Assembly (NCBI RefSeq): GCF_000981785.2
Contig: NZ_CP011304.1
Coordinates: 3,930,001-3,962,000 of the forward strand
Direction of reading: 5' to 3'
DNA from: Microcystis aeruginosa NIES-2549
GTDB taxonomy: Bacteria > Cyanobacteriota > Cyanobacteriia > Cyanobacteriales > Microcystaceae
DNA length: 32,000 bases
Positions 7,683-18,300 of the stretch are shown one piece after another (position 1 is the first letter of the stretch; every line of letters begins with the position of its first letter). Position numbers and translations under genes: made by a program. Under the pieces are notes generated by a model. That model saw only the letters and a list, made by a program, of their open reading frames with translations. It was not told where the DNA came from and did not search any database.

Positions 7683-8786
7683 TTAGATTAACTGCTCTAA
7701 TTTTGCTTGTAAAGTCTTTTTGCCGAATTTAGTTAGAGTTTGTTGACGCAACCATTGCGGGTGACAGCGTTGATCCCGACCTGGCAAAATTTCTAAACAA
7801 GCTTTAGCCACCTTTTCGGCATCTCGATAGGGAACCCGCCACCCCACCAAACCATCCTGCAGCGGCTCTGCTGAACCGTCCTCATCTCCAGAAATCACGG
7901 GAATACCACAGGCCATCGCTTCTAGGTAAACAATCCCGAACCCTTCCCGGGAAGGCATAACGTAAGCATCGGCCAAACGATAATGGTCGGCTAATTCCTC
8001 CGTCGGGACAAAACCGGCGAAAATTACCTGTTTATCCACTCCTAACTGCTTGGTTAAAGCTTCTAACCTTGGAAGGTCGTCCCCTCGTCCGATGACTAGA
8101 TATTTTACTTCCGGATAAGTCTCTAGAATTGTCGGCAGGGCCCGAATGGTAACATCTACCCCTTTATAGATATCCCCCGACCACAATCGGGCAACTGTTA
8201 ATAAAACTTTGGCATTTTCTATATCATATTTTTTGATTAATGTCAAGGACTTTTCACCTAAATTAAACTTTTCCTCATCCACCACACAGGGGAGAATTGC
8301 TACTTTTTGGGGATCGATAGCGTTAGCCTTACACATAAGATCGCGACTGTAACGGCTAATTGTCCAGATCGATTCGGCCGCTTGCAGGGCCTGTTTTTGG
8401 GAATTTGGTAAAGGTTCCCAGACTTCTTTGCCGTAGGTGAGGACGGTGTAGGGTATGTCTAAAGCTTGACAGTAAAGACGGGTGAGGGTGGCTAAATTTA
8501 CATGACCACAAAAAACTCTTTGGGGACGTTTCTGGAGGAGAAAAACTAAAAACTTAAGGGCTAATTGGATGCGTCCGAGAGTTGCTGAGTTATTTTTCAG
8601 GTAATGAAAGGTAATACCTTGATTTTTAAAAGGATTAGGACAATCAGGGGCATCCCGCAGTAAAAAAACCTCGGCCGCCTCAGAATCGGGTAAAGTGAGA
8701 TAGGCTTGCAGGACATCCTTAATATAGGATTGAATACCACCTTCTTGGGAAAAAATCTCTAAAAATAGGAATATATGAGTCATCAT
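7683..8786 (-). CDS. glycosyltransferase, GT4 family (GT-B fold)
   Basis: 367 aa. The C-terminal domain carries MPSREGFGIVYLEAMACGIPVISGDEDG, the E-x7-E type motif of GT4 retaining glycosyltransferases. Confidence 0.85.
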   Translation of the reverse strand: MMTHIFLFLEIFSQEGGIQSYIKDVLQAYLTLPDSEAAEVFLLRDAPDCPNPFKNQGITFHYLKNNSATLGRIQLALKFLVFLLQKRPQRVFCGHVNLATLTRLYCQALDIPYTVLTYGKEVWEPLPNSQKQALQAAESIWTISRYSRDLMCKANAIDPQKVAILPCVVDEEKFNLGEKSLTLIKKYDIENAKVLLTVARLWSGDIYKGVDVTIRALPTILETYPEVKYLVIGRGDDLPRLEALTKQLGVDKQVIFAGFVPTEELADHYRLADAYVMPSREGFGIVYLEAMACGIPVISGDEDGSAEPLQDGLVGWRVPYRDAEKVAKACLEILPGRDQRCHPQWLRQQTLTKFGKKTLQAKLEQLI

Positions 8787-9256
8787 CGAACGTCAGTGTC
8801 AAAAAGTTTTAGGTTTGGCGAAAAAATTTTCCCTGATCTCTTATCTGTACTATCACACTTTCTTGATCTATTTCGATCGTTTCCCAAGTAATAGATCCTA
8901 ACCGCTAACAGTCCGAAAAAGAACAATCTGGTCGCTCTTCTTGCGTGTAACTGCCAGAATCAGGGAAATTCGGATGCTGATAGCTAAAATAACTGATATT
9001 AGTCAGTTTAGCTCATAATGCTGACCAAGGCGATAGATAAAAAGTGAAGGACTGGGAAATAGTCAGAATTTTCCGGGATGCCGCACATAAAGCTATTTCT
9101 TTGTCCCCGGTGTCATCGAGGAATCTTCCTCTTTTAATTCTAGATATTTTCAGGAATTACTGGAGATAAAAAAATTAAAGTTCCTCAGCTGCTCTGACAA
9201 AGGTTACAAATGCTCCCAGAACGGTTAAGCTTATTTTAATCTCTGTAATTGCTTTT

Positions 9257-10864
9257 ATGGATCATTTAACTTCTGAAAGACTCAATTTAACCACAAAAAT
9301 CGCCTATGGTGCTGGCGATTTAGGACCAGCTATCACTGCCAATATCTCGGTATTTTACTTGCTATTTTTCCTCACTGATGTGGCAGGATTATCGGCAGGA
9401 TTAGCCGGTAGTGTGCTGATGGTGGTGAGAATTTTCGACGCTATTAACGATCCGATCATTGGGATGTGGAGCGATCAAACTCGTACTATCTGGGGTCGTC
9501 GCTTACCATGGATGTTATTGGGGTCGATTCCCTTCGGAATTAGCTATTTTTTACTGTGGTTAATCCCGACTAATAACCAATTATGGTTATTTTTATATTA
9601 TATTTTTATCGGCATTATCTTTAATTTAACCTATACGGTAGTCAATCTTCCCTACCAAGCACTCACCCCTGAATTAACCTATGATTATAATGAGAGAACC
9701 CGCTTAAATAGTTTTCGTTTTGCCTTTTCGATCGGGGGTAGCATTCTCTCATTAATTCTCTATATTCTCGTCTCATCTTCCTATGCAAACGATCTCCATC
9801 AAGCTTTTTTATTGTTAGGTGTAGTTTGTGCTTTAATGTCGATTATAGCAGTTATTTGGTGCGCTTTAGTTTTACAAGAACGAGGAGCAAAAGCGATTCT
9901 AAATTATCCTCAGAAAAAAGTTTTGGCAATTGCTTTTATAGTTATCGGTGCGCTTTCCTTGGTCTATGGAGTAGGAAAAATTGGGGTTAATCCCAGAGAT
10001 TTTATCGCTATTTCCACAATTTTATTAGGAATAGAAGGGATAGTTTCTGGGTTAAATATTTACTATGGTAAAACTGAAAATCATCTCAGGGATGGTGCGG
10101 CAATTAAACAGAGAGAAGCAGATAATAATACCGAAACTATTCCCCTGAAAGAACAATTAAAAATAGTTTTTGGTAATCGTCCCTTTTTATACGTTATTGG
10201 CATCTATCTTTGTGCTTGGTTAGGGGTACAATTAACCGCCTCGATTTTGGTTTACTATGTCGTCAGCTACATGAGACTATCGGAAGCAGAATCAGGTTTA
10301 GTCGCTTTAGCAGTACAGGGAACAGCTTTAGTGATGTTATTTTTATGGCAAGCAGTTAGTCAGAAATTAGACAAAAAGATAGTCTATTTTTTAGGGATTA
10401 CAGTCTGGATTATTGCCCAAATCGGTTTATTTTTGCTCCAACCAGGACAAATAACTTTAATGTATACTTTGGCAGTTTTGGCGGGATTTGGTGTATCTGT
10501 GGCCTATTTAATTCCTTGGTCAATGGTTCCTGATGTGATCGAATTGGACGAATTAGAAACAGGAAAACGTCGAGAAGGTATTTTTTATGCTTTCATGGTA
10601 CTTTTGCAAAAAATTGGTTTAGCTTTGGGGTTATTTCTTGTCGGTATTGCTCTAGAAACATCGGGTTTTAAACCGAGAATCCCAGGAGAAGCAATTCCCC
10701 TGCAGCCAGATAGTGCTTTAATAGCAATTCGCCTAGCAATTGCTCCTTTACCAGCATTTTTCCTGATCATTAGCCTAATTCTTGCCTATTTTTATCCAAT
10801 TACGCGCCAAGTTCACGCCGAAATTTTAGACCGATTAGCAGCAAGAAGACAAGAAGAAAAGTAA
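9257..10864 (+). CDS. MFS transporter, glycoside-pentoside-hexuronide (GPH) cation symporter family
   Basis: 535 aa with ~12 hydrophobic segments. GPH-type N-terminal motifs are present (KIAYGAGDLGPAI, RIFDAINDPIIGMWSDQTRTIWGRRLPWML), with a central hydrophilic loop. Confidence 0.8.
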   Translation: MDHLTSERLNLTTKIAYGAGDLGPAITANISVFYLLFFLTDVAGLSAGLAGSVLMVVRIFDAINDPIIGMWSDQTRTIWGRRLPWMLLGSIPFGISYFLLWLIPTNNQLWLFLYYIFIGIIFNLTYTVVNLPYQALTPELTYDYNERTRLNSFRFAFSIGGSILSLILYILVSSSYANDLHQAFLLLGVVCALMSIIAVIWCALVLQERGAKAILNYPQKKVLAIAFIVIGALSLVYGVGKIGVNPRDFIAISTILLGIEGIVSGLNIYYGKTENHLRDGAAIKQREADNNTETIPLKEQLKIVFGNRPFLYVIGIYLCAWLGVQLTASILVYYVVSYMRLSEAESGLVALAVQGTALVMLFLWQAVSQKLDKKIVYFLGITVWIIAQIGLFLLQPGQITLMYTLAVLAGFGVSVAYLIPWSMVPDVIELDELETGKRREGIFYAFMVLLQKIGLALGLFLVGIALETSGFKPRIPGEAIPLQPDSALIAIRLAIAPLPAFFLIISLILAYFYPITRQVHAEILDRLAARRQEEK

Positions 10865-11290
10865 ACATTGGTTATCAGCTATTAGGACACAGGAGATTAT
10901 TTTTATTTATTCCCGAACTTCCTGCTAAGAAAAATCAGCAAACCCTTACCCAAAAGTAATTGTATTGATTTTTGAACTACTCGTTACTGGGTACAATCGA
11001 CCTGGAAGCTTAACTGGAGAGTGTTTTAGATATCTGCAAAAATTATAACCCGATCACAGCTTGCTTTTATATTATATACTAATTAAGTAGTTCAATAGCT
11101 AAAATGGGCGTTGCTGAATCAAGATATGAATCAGTAGGGAATAATTACCTCTTGAAACTTTAGATAGTGAATTAATAAAGGAATAGACTATTCTAACATC
11201 TCCACTGACTTTGAATAACATAACGTTTGGGTATCTAGTCGGACAAGATAATGTATTCAACGAGTGTTCTCCCCCTCTACTCTATTCAGA

Positions 11291-11790
11291 TACAGCCTTT
11301 CTCACAAATATTAAGTATAATGTTATCGATAGCTAAATTGTACCAAAAATGAAATCCTATCCAGTAGAGTTCCGTCAGAAAATCCTAGACTGTTATTATA
11401 ACGAACCCATCTCTCAAAGACAATTAGCGAAAAGATTCTGCGTAACCTTAAGTTTCGTACAAAAGCTTTTGAAGCAATCTCGAGAAACGGGAGATATTCG
11501 ACCGAAGACTTACCGATGTGGCCGTCATTTAAAACTTACACCAGAACAGATGATCGCCCTCGGTGATTTGATTGAGGAAAATAATGACGCAACTCTAGCC
11601 GAACTATCGGAACTATTCCTAGAAAGAACCGGTATAGTGTTAAGTGTGGCGACAGTGGCAAGAATAGCCGAACGCTTGAGAATGACCCGCAAAAAAAACT
11701 CTACACCCGACCAGAAAAGAGATAGAAAGAGGACAAAAACTTAGACAAGAATACAAAGGATAAAATTCGGGATGTATAAAAGTAGACCCT
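11291..11790 (+). mobile_element. IS630/Tc1-mariner-type element, left half only
   Basis: TA followed by the terminal sequence CAGCCTTTCTCAC at 11291-11305, then the HTH part of the transposase. Homology to the family stops at about 11790. Confidence 0.6.
11349..11770 (+). pseudogene. IS630-family transposase, N-terminal (HTH) fragment
   Basis: MKSYPVEFRQKILDCYYNEPISQRQLAKRFCVTLSFVQKLLKQSRETGDIRPK...LKLTPEQ...DATLAEL is the typical IS630 N-terminus. A frameshift lies in the A8 run near 11692 (alternative frame KKTLHPT..ERGQKLRQEYK). The DDE domain is absent. Confidence 0.8.
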
Positions 11791-12032
11791 AATAGACCTC
11801 GACCTAATATTATCTCAAGACTAAAAGTTTTTCTAGTTAAGGAATCTACCCAAATAAAAATGATTTTAATTGCCTCATATTTTTTCAGTGAAATTGAATT
11901 ATAGCGCTTTTCACGTTACTGAGGTATCGACAAGTTTTGCCAACAAAGGGTTTAAGCCCCTTGCCCATGCCTCATTCTGATGAAAACTGCTATATTTACT
12001 TCGAGATCGCGTTAAAAGCTGACTAGCTAGAT

Positions 12033-12130
12033 GATTATGTCAATTCGTTGGTCGGGTTGAGGCTACGAAACCCGACAGAAACCCTCAGTTGTTGGGTTTC
12101 ACTTCGTTCAGCCCAACCTACGCAAAAAGA
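12033..12130. repeat. 98-nt MITE-like double-hairpin repeat, copy 1
   Basis: GATTATGTCAATTCGTTGGTCGGGTTGAGGCTACGAAACCCGAC...GTTGGGTTTCACTTCGTTCAGCCCAACCTACGCAAAAAGA. It differs from the copy at 13521-13618 at only about 6 positions by eye, and lies in the same orientation. Confidence 0.85.
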
Positions 12131-12349
12131 TCTGAATCAAGGTATGAATGCCAACCGTGCATCGTATCCAAAAGTTAGTTTGGGTCTAGGTTTTAAAAAT
12201 CCCACAAAATAAGATTCAGGTCTCAAATCAGCAATGCCGAAAATCCCTTGACGATCAAACTCCCGATCAAGTATTCTACAAGCACGCTTCAGAATTCGTT
12301 GCACTTCTGCTCTGAATCGCCACTTTGTTAGTTCGTAAGTAATATAATT

Positions 12350-13384
12350 ATGACCGAGCAAATACCTCCTATTTATTTTCATCTTCCCGCCTCCCATCGA
12401 CCCGACCCTTTGCCCGATCACGCCGATCAATTACGAACGGGTCGAGGTTCATTGGCTTGGATTTTACAAACTTATTTGCGATTACGCGAATCGAACTTTC
12501 CCTGTGAATTAGTAGATACTATCCCTAAAGAAGGTATTGTAATTGGTCATCGAGAATCGTTAGCTTATGATTTTCAACCCTATCCCAAGTTATTACTGGC
12601 TTGTGTTAAAGGGGATCAAAATCCTCAACCCTACGCTCAAATTCATATTGTCCAGAATCGACAGGAATTAACTGCTTCTCAACTTTATATAGAATCAATA
12701 GCCGAAGATCGCTATCTTTTACCAGGTAAGCGATACTTTTTACCCCATTGGACTCAACCAGGCTTAATTCCGCGCGATCCTCAACGGGGCGATCGGTTCG
12801 AAAATGTAGTTTATTTTGGCCTTACCTCCAATTTAGCTCCCCCCCTACGCAAACCGGAATGGCAACAGCAGGTAGATAATTTAGGTTTAAACTGGTGCAT
12901 TCAAACTAATGATAAGTTTTGGCATGATTATCGTCAAGTAGATGCAATCGTCGCTGTTCGTCGTTTCGACTCTAAGGAAACTTATCCTTGGAAACCCGCC
13001 ACTAAACTCTATAATGCCTGGTTAGCAGGTGTTCCTGCTATTTTAGGAACTGAATCTGCTTTTCAATCAGAGTACAAAAGTGAGCTAGATTTCTTTGCTG
13101 CTAATAATGAGAATGATGTTATTTATTATCTCAAACAATTGCGGGACAACAATTATTTAAGGCAGCAAATAAAATCTCATTATCAAGAAAGGTCGAAAAC
13201 CGTGACTATTAGCCATCTTGTTCAGTGTTGGCATCAGTTTATCTTCAATGAATGTGTTCCCGCCTATAATCAATGGTGTTCCCTTTCTCTCTGGCAACAA
13301 CAACAGTTCTTTTTGCGTCGTCGTCTCCTGTTAAAATTGAATCAACTGCAAATGAAAACCCTGAAAATCATCACTGCTCAATAG
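12350..13384 (+). CDS. hypothetical protein, possibly glycosyltransferase-like
   Basis: 344-aa ORF. The only suggestive feature is a GT-B-like C-terminal stretch (VDAIVAVRRFD...WKPATKLYNAWLAGVPAILGTESAF). The family is not recognised. Confidence 0.55.
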   Translation: MTEQIPPIYFHLPASHRPDPLPDHADQLRTGRGSLAWILQTYLRLRESNFPCELVDTIPKEGIVIGHRESLAYDFQPYPKLLLACVKGDQNPQPYAQIHIVQNRQELTASQLYIESIAEDRYLLPGKRYFLPHWTQPGLIPRDPQRGDRFENVVYFGLTSNLAPPLRKPEWQQQVDNLGLNWCIQTNDKFWHDYRQVDAIVAVRRFDSKETYPWKPATKLYNAWLAGVPAILGTESAFQSEYKSELDFFAANNENDVIYYLKQLRDNNYLRQQIKSHYQERSKTVTISHLVQCWHQFIFNECVPAYNQWCSLSLWQQQQFFLRRRLLLKLNQLQMKTLKIITAQ

Positions 13385-13520
13385 TCAATGGTTCTCGGTG
13401 ATTGGGGACGGTAATGTTTGAATTCCTCTTTTTACCCGGTTTTTGGGGTAGTATTCACTTGGCTCTCTTACATGGCGATTCGTTACTGGGATTGACTTGG
13501 CACTTTTTTCAATTTTCTCA

Positions 13521-13618
13521 GATTATGTCAATTCGTAGGTCGGGTTGAGGTCACGAAACCCGACAGAAACCCTCAGTTGTTGGGTTTCACTTTGTTCAAT
13601 CCAACCTACGCAAAAAGA
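13521..13618. repeat. 98-nt MITE-like double-hairpin repeat, copy 2
   Basis: Direct repeat of 12033-12130. Terminal CGTAGGT...ACCTACG inverted ends enclose two hairpins. Confidence 0.85.
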
Positions 13619-13684
13619 GCGATAAATCCGATCAAGAGCGGGGTACAATACTCGAAAGAACGAAAGTTTCTGGTATTTTTTGAG

Positions 13685-13912
13685 TTATCTTTTAGAAGGC
13701 ATGGTAATTTCTTTTTTACCACTAAAATAAACCGTCTCTATCCATAATTCTCTCGCCTCTTCAATATTAATCATCACTTCCTCTAAAGTTTCCCCCTGAG
13801 TAATACAACCATCTAAATCTGGAATTAACGCCGTGTATCCTCCTTCTTCTTCGGGATAAATTGAAATCGGATATTTAAGAGACAGAAAGTATTCTAATAT
13901 TGGTTGTTCCAT
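13685..13912 (-). CDS. hicB: HicB-like antitoxin domain protein (UPF0150), short form without DNA-binding domain
   Basis: 75 aa. YPISIYPEEEGGYTALIPDLDGCITQGETLEEVMINIEEARELWIE is the canonical HicB N-terminal fold signature. Confidence 0.8.
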   Translation of the reverse strand: MEQPILEYFLSLKYPISIYPEEEGGYTALIPDLDGCITQGETLEEVMINIEEARELWIETVYFSGKKEITMPSKR

Positions 13913-13920
13913 CGATAGGT

Positions 13921-14258
13921 CTAAATAGGTTTGACTAAATCGCCAACTTTAGCATTATCAAAAGTTTTTAATTCATCGGATTCTACCACTTCAGATTTAT
14001 AACTCCTCAATGCAAAAGGAGAATTTTCTATTCTTTTTCTATAAGTTTTTTTCTGATCGGTTTCAATTATAGATATTTTATCTTGAACAAAAATAATTCT
14101 TCCTGTACCTCACGATAAACCATCATTCTTTGACCTTCTCGAATTCCGTTCTGTTCACCTCTATTCATTACTAATTTATAGTCGTCAATAACCTTAACGA
14201 CAGTGGCGGGAAAGGTTCCTTTAGGAGATAAAATGGGAGTTTCTGTGACGTTTTCCAT
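13921..14258 (-). pseudogene. unknown small protein gene directly upstream of hicB, split by a frameshift
   Basis: ORF 14067..14258 (MENVTETPILSPKGTFPATVVKVIDDYKLVMNRGEQNGIREGQRMMVYREV...) continues in another frame from 14109 to the TAG at 13921-13923 (GTGRIIFVQDKISIIETDQKKTYRKRIENSPFALRSYKSEVVESDELKTFDNAKVGDLVKPI). It ends 8 nt before the hicB ATG. It does not resemble HicA. Confidence 0.5.
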
Positions 14259-14518
14259 AATGATTTATCTTTGGTATAAATCTGGTTAATATTAAATATT
14301 ATCGCTCTTAGGGCGCAATAGCTATAATTTAAACTTATATTTGTCAAGATTTAATGATAAGGTCGGTCAATTGCCTTGATCATTAATAGTACGAATGTAG
14401 TGGCTATGTGTTGTAACTGTAAACAATGGGTTAAGTGTGATAATTTCTTATAAATTCAAAAAATTGCTATGATAAAATGCTAGAATAAAGGGGTAGGCAT
14501 AACTTAAACGAGGGTGTT

Positions 14519-14770
14519 ATGGTAAAAAAATACTATCGTGACATTTCTTCCCAAAATTACTCTATTCCTAGACGGTACTTTATGGATGGTCTGGTCTCAG
14601 TTCTAGATATAGGGGGGACTTGTCGTGCCAATCTAGATTATCGTTGTCGTGTTCCTGTGGGCAAAAAAGTACATTTGAACCCAGACGCTGCCGCAATTCA
14701 GTCTGATTGGATGAAGACAGGATTAGATATTTACAATGCCATTTGTGAATATGGGGGAAAGTTGTCTTAA
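14519..14770 (+). CDS. small hypothetical protein, first gene of a two-gene module
   Basis: 83 aa (…FMDGLVSVLDIGGTCRANLDYRC…AAAIQSDWMKTGLDIYNAICEYG). The stop at 14768-14770 is 1 nt from the next ATG, suggesting translational coupling. Confidence 0.6.
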   Translation: MVKKYYRDISSQNYSIPRRYFMDGLVSVLDIGGTCRANLDYRCRVPVGKKVHLNPDAAAIQSDWMKTGLDIYNAICEYGGKLS

Positions 14771-14771
14771 A

Positions 14772-15269
14772 ATGTCCGACGAAAGTAAAAAGTCAGAAGA
14801 CCAGGATAATAGTGAGCTAGTTGAAAGACCTTTAGAGTCCATAGATGAAATATTAGAAGATGAGACTATTGATCAGTCAACTATAACCCCGATTCGACCG
14901 CAACAAATAAACCAAAGCATAACCTTCTCTGGCCCGATTCCTCATCCAACAATTCTAAAAGGATATGAAGAAGTTTTGCCTGGTAGTGCTGATAGGATTT
15001 TGTCTATGACGGAGAAAGAAGGTGAACATCGAAGAAAGATAGAAACAGAACTGGTAAAAAACGATAATATCCGCTCTTATCTTGGGCAAATTGCCGGTTT
15101 TACGATTGCGATAGTTGGTTTAGGTGGCTCTATTTATCTAGGGATTAATGATAAAGTTTGGGCATCTGGGATTATGAGTGCGGGTACTTTAACAGGTTTG
15201 GTGACGGTTTTTGTTACAGGGGATAAAGAGAGAAGAATTCAGTCCCAACAAGATGATCAAGACAAGTGA
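14772..15269 (+). CDS. DUF2335-type membrane protein
   Basis: FSGPIPHPTILKGYEEVLPGSADRILSMTEKEGEHRRKIE followed by two TM segments matches my recollection of the DUF2335 signature. I prefer the start at MSDESKK (14772) over the track start at 14736. Confidence 0.65.
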   Translation: MSDESKKSEDQDNSELVERPLESIDEILEDETIDQSTITPIRPQQINQSITFSGPIPHPTILKGYEEVLPGSADRILSMTEKEGEHRRKIETELVKNDNIRSYLGQIAGFTIAIVGLGGSIYLGINDKVWASGIMSAGTLTGLVTVFVTGDKERRIQSQQDDQDK

Positions 15270-15302
15270 TTCAAATACTGTAAGTTGTTCCTAGACAAAA
15301 AT

Positions 15303-15332
15303 GGTAGAGAAGCGATATTTTGCCTCTCTACC
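15303..15332 (-). terminator. intrinsic terminator downstream of chlH (possibly bidirectional)
   Basis: GGTAGAGA-N14-TCTCTACC stem-loop. On the minus strand it is followed by ATTTTTG, and it lies 23 nt after the chlH stop. Confidence 0.6.
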
Positions 15333-15354
15333 TTGAGTTATTTTACTAGATCAA

Positions 15355-18300
15355 TTACTCGATTCCTTCGATGCGATCCTCCACTTCTTGATAAAGTTCC
15401 TGTAAGCGGTCTAAATTCTCTTGAGAAGTTTCCCAGTAACCGCGACCATTAACTTCTAGCAGGGTTCCCACCATCTTGCGGAAAGAATTAGGATTGAGAT
15501 TCATCAGACGCTGACACATTTCCTCATCTTGAATAAAAGTGGTGTTCACATCTTCATAAACCCAATTATCCACCGCATCAGCAGTTGCCGACCAACCCAT
15601 CGTATTAACCAAACGCTTCGATAACTCTCGGACTCCTTCGTAACCGTGACTTAACATTCCCTCGTACCATTTGGGATTGAGTAACTTGGTGCGGGTATCC
15701 AAGCGCACGGTTTCCGATAAAGTACGCACCTGAGCGTTAGCGGTGGTAGTATCGGCAATATAGGCCGCCGGTTTTTTGCCATCATCGCGTAAACTAGCGA
15801 CAACTTTTGTCGGGTCCGAGTCGAAATAGTGGGAAACATCGGTTAAACTAATCTCGCTAGAATCCAAGTTTTGGAAAGTTGCCTCGGCAGTTTTTAAAGA
15901 TGCTTCAAACAACTGACGATTATCGGCCATCATCCCAGGGTTATCGGAATCGAAAGCAAAACCCTTGCGGTTGAGATACATATTCTGTAACTCTTTTTCA
16001 TCTTCCCAACTGCTATTTTCCACCGCGAGATTGATGTTAGAAGAATAGGAACCGGAAGCATTAGAAAAGATGCGGGTGGCTGCCTGTCGAACCGTTAAAC
16101 CCATTTCTTTTGCTTGTTCAATAGCGTGTTTGCGGACATAATTCATCTCCACCGGTTCATTTGCTTCCGCGGCCATTTTTACGCCTTGGTCAAGCAAGTT
16201 CATCTGATTGATAAATAAATCCCGGAAAACACCAGAACAGTTGACCACCACATCAATGCGCGGTCTTCCTAACTCCTCTAGGGGAATTAATTCCAATTTA
16301 TTCACCCGTCCCAAAGCATCGGGAACAGGACGAACCCCCACCATCCAGAGAATTTGTGCCAGGGATTCCCCATAAGTTTTGATATTATCAGTTCCCCAGA
16401 GAACACAAGCGATGGTTTCAGGATATTTACCGCCATTATCCAGTTTTTGCCGTTCTAACAGACGATCCACCACGATTTTAGCCGATTTTACCGCCGCTAG
16501 GGTCGGGATAGACTGGGGGTCTAAAGCGTGGATATTTTTACCCGTCGGTAAAACTCCGGGGTTACGGATGGGGTCGCCACCAGGACCGGGAAGAACGTAT
16601 TCCCCTTCCAATGCTTTTAATAGGGCCCCTAATTCATTATCAGCACAGACCTGTTCTAAACAGAATTCTAGGTATTCAAACAGGGGTTTTAACGCCACCG
16701 GATCAACCTTTGGATAACCCATCTCCTGTAAAGTTTCCAGCCAAGGCGATCTTTTGCCTATATTCAAGAAATTCAGCTTAGAAAGCATCGATACCCGACC
16801 TTCTGGGTCAGTTTGGGACTTGACTAAAGCAGCAACAGCAGCGCGAGTCGCTAGGGTGATGTTTTGCAGTAATTCCACATCCTCTAACACCCCTCGATCG
16901 CTATTGCGATAAACTTCCTCTAGATCCCGGCCGATGCTGTTGGCAATAATTCGGGGTAAGGAGAGTAAATCGTCTTCTTCCCGGTCTAAACTGGCAATAT
17001 TGACCAAAGTTGCCACCGCTTCTTCGGCCGAGGGGGGTTTACCGATAACATGAAGTCCGCAGGGAAGTAAGCGCGATTCAATTTCCATCAGTTTACGATA
17101 GACCGAACCGACAATATTATCCCGTTCCTCTTGACTGAGATCGGCAGTGTCACCATCAGGTAAACTTATATCTTTATCCAGATTGACTAATAAACATTTA
17201 TCAACAATGGTGTTGACAATTTGCACCCCACGCCCACTATCCTTCAGGGTTTGGTAGGAACCGATCAACTCGCTGAGTTCTTTTAACCCCTTGTAAAGTC
17301 CAGCATTTTCTGCGGGGGGAGTAAGATAGGAGATGGTTTCTGCATAACTACGACGTTTAGCGATGGTCGCTTCGCTGGGGTTATTAGCGGCATAATAGTA
17401 GAGATTGGGAATCATCCCGATGAGGTTATCCGGGTAGCATTCCCCAGACATTCCCATCTGTTTCCCCGGCATAAATTCTAGGGAACCGTGGGTGCCAAAA
17501 TGAAGAACCGCATCTGCTTTCCAGACTTGATTGAGATAGGTATAGTAGGCTGCAAAACCGTGGTGGGGACTAGCAGAACGAGAAAAGAGCAGACGCATGG
17601 GATCCCCTTCATAACCGAAGGTAGGTTGAACCCCAATAAAGACATTACCGAATTCCTTCCCGTAGATTAACAGATTTTGTCCATCACTGTTGAGGTGTCC
17701 CGGTGGTGGTCCCCAATTTTCCTCTAAACGGACGGAATAGGGGGTTAAGCGTTCGTATTCCGGTACAGACATCCGATAGGCGATATTTAGCTCCGGACTA
17801 TGGTATTGTGCGGTGGCATCATGGATTACCGCTTCCATCAGTTCTTTGGGAGATGCGGGTAGCTCCTGCAAGTCATAACCATTATTTTGTAACGCTTGCA
17901 TCACCTCGTAGATAGAACCGAACACATCTAGATAGGCTGCGGTTCCCACATTCCCCTTATCGGGGGGGAAACTAAACACAGTGATGGCGACCTTTTTATT
18001 GAGTTTCGGTTTCTTTCTTAGGTTAGCCCATTTTAGCGCCCGTTGAGCGATCGCTTCCACCCGATCCTGTAAAGCGATCGCTTTACCCGTCGCCCCATCC
18101 CGGCCCGATAATATAATAGGTTCGATCGCACCGTCTAATTCCGGAATAGCAATCTGTAGCGCCACTTGAATCGGGTGTAACCCCAAATCGCTTTCTTCCC
18201 ATTCCTGGGTGGTTTGGAAAACTAGCGGTAACGCGCACATATAGGGACGATTGAGCCGTTTTAAGGATTCTATCGCTTTCGGATGATCTTGTCGCGCTGG

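Noticed and set aside
12033-12130. Hairpin-rich GTTGGGTTTC...CCCAAC elements as possible tRNA or tRNA-like genes (also 1183-1248 and 13521-13618)
   Set aside because: There is no cloverleaf and no GTTCGAATC-type T-loop. No anticodon arm can be drawn. The two hairpins are bounded by terminal inverted repeats, which fits a MITE better.
12137-12430. 97-aa minus-strand ORF overlapping the start of the 344-aa gene
   Set aside because: It overlaps the better-supported plus-strand gene by 80 nt and begins inside it. It has no recognisable motif. It may be a gene remnant, but I cannot support it as a live CDS.
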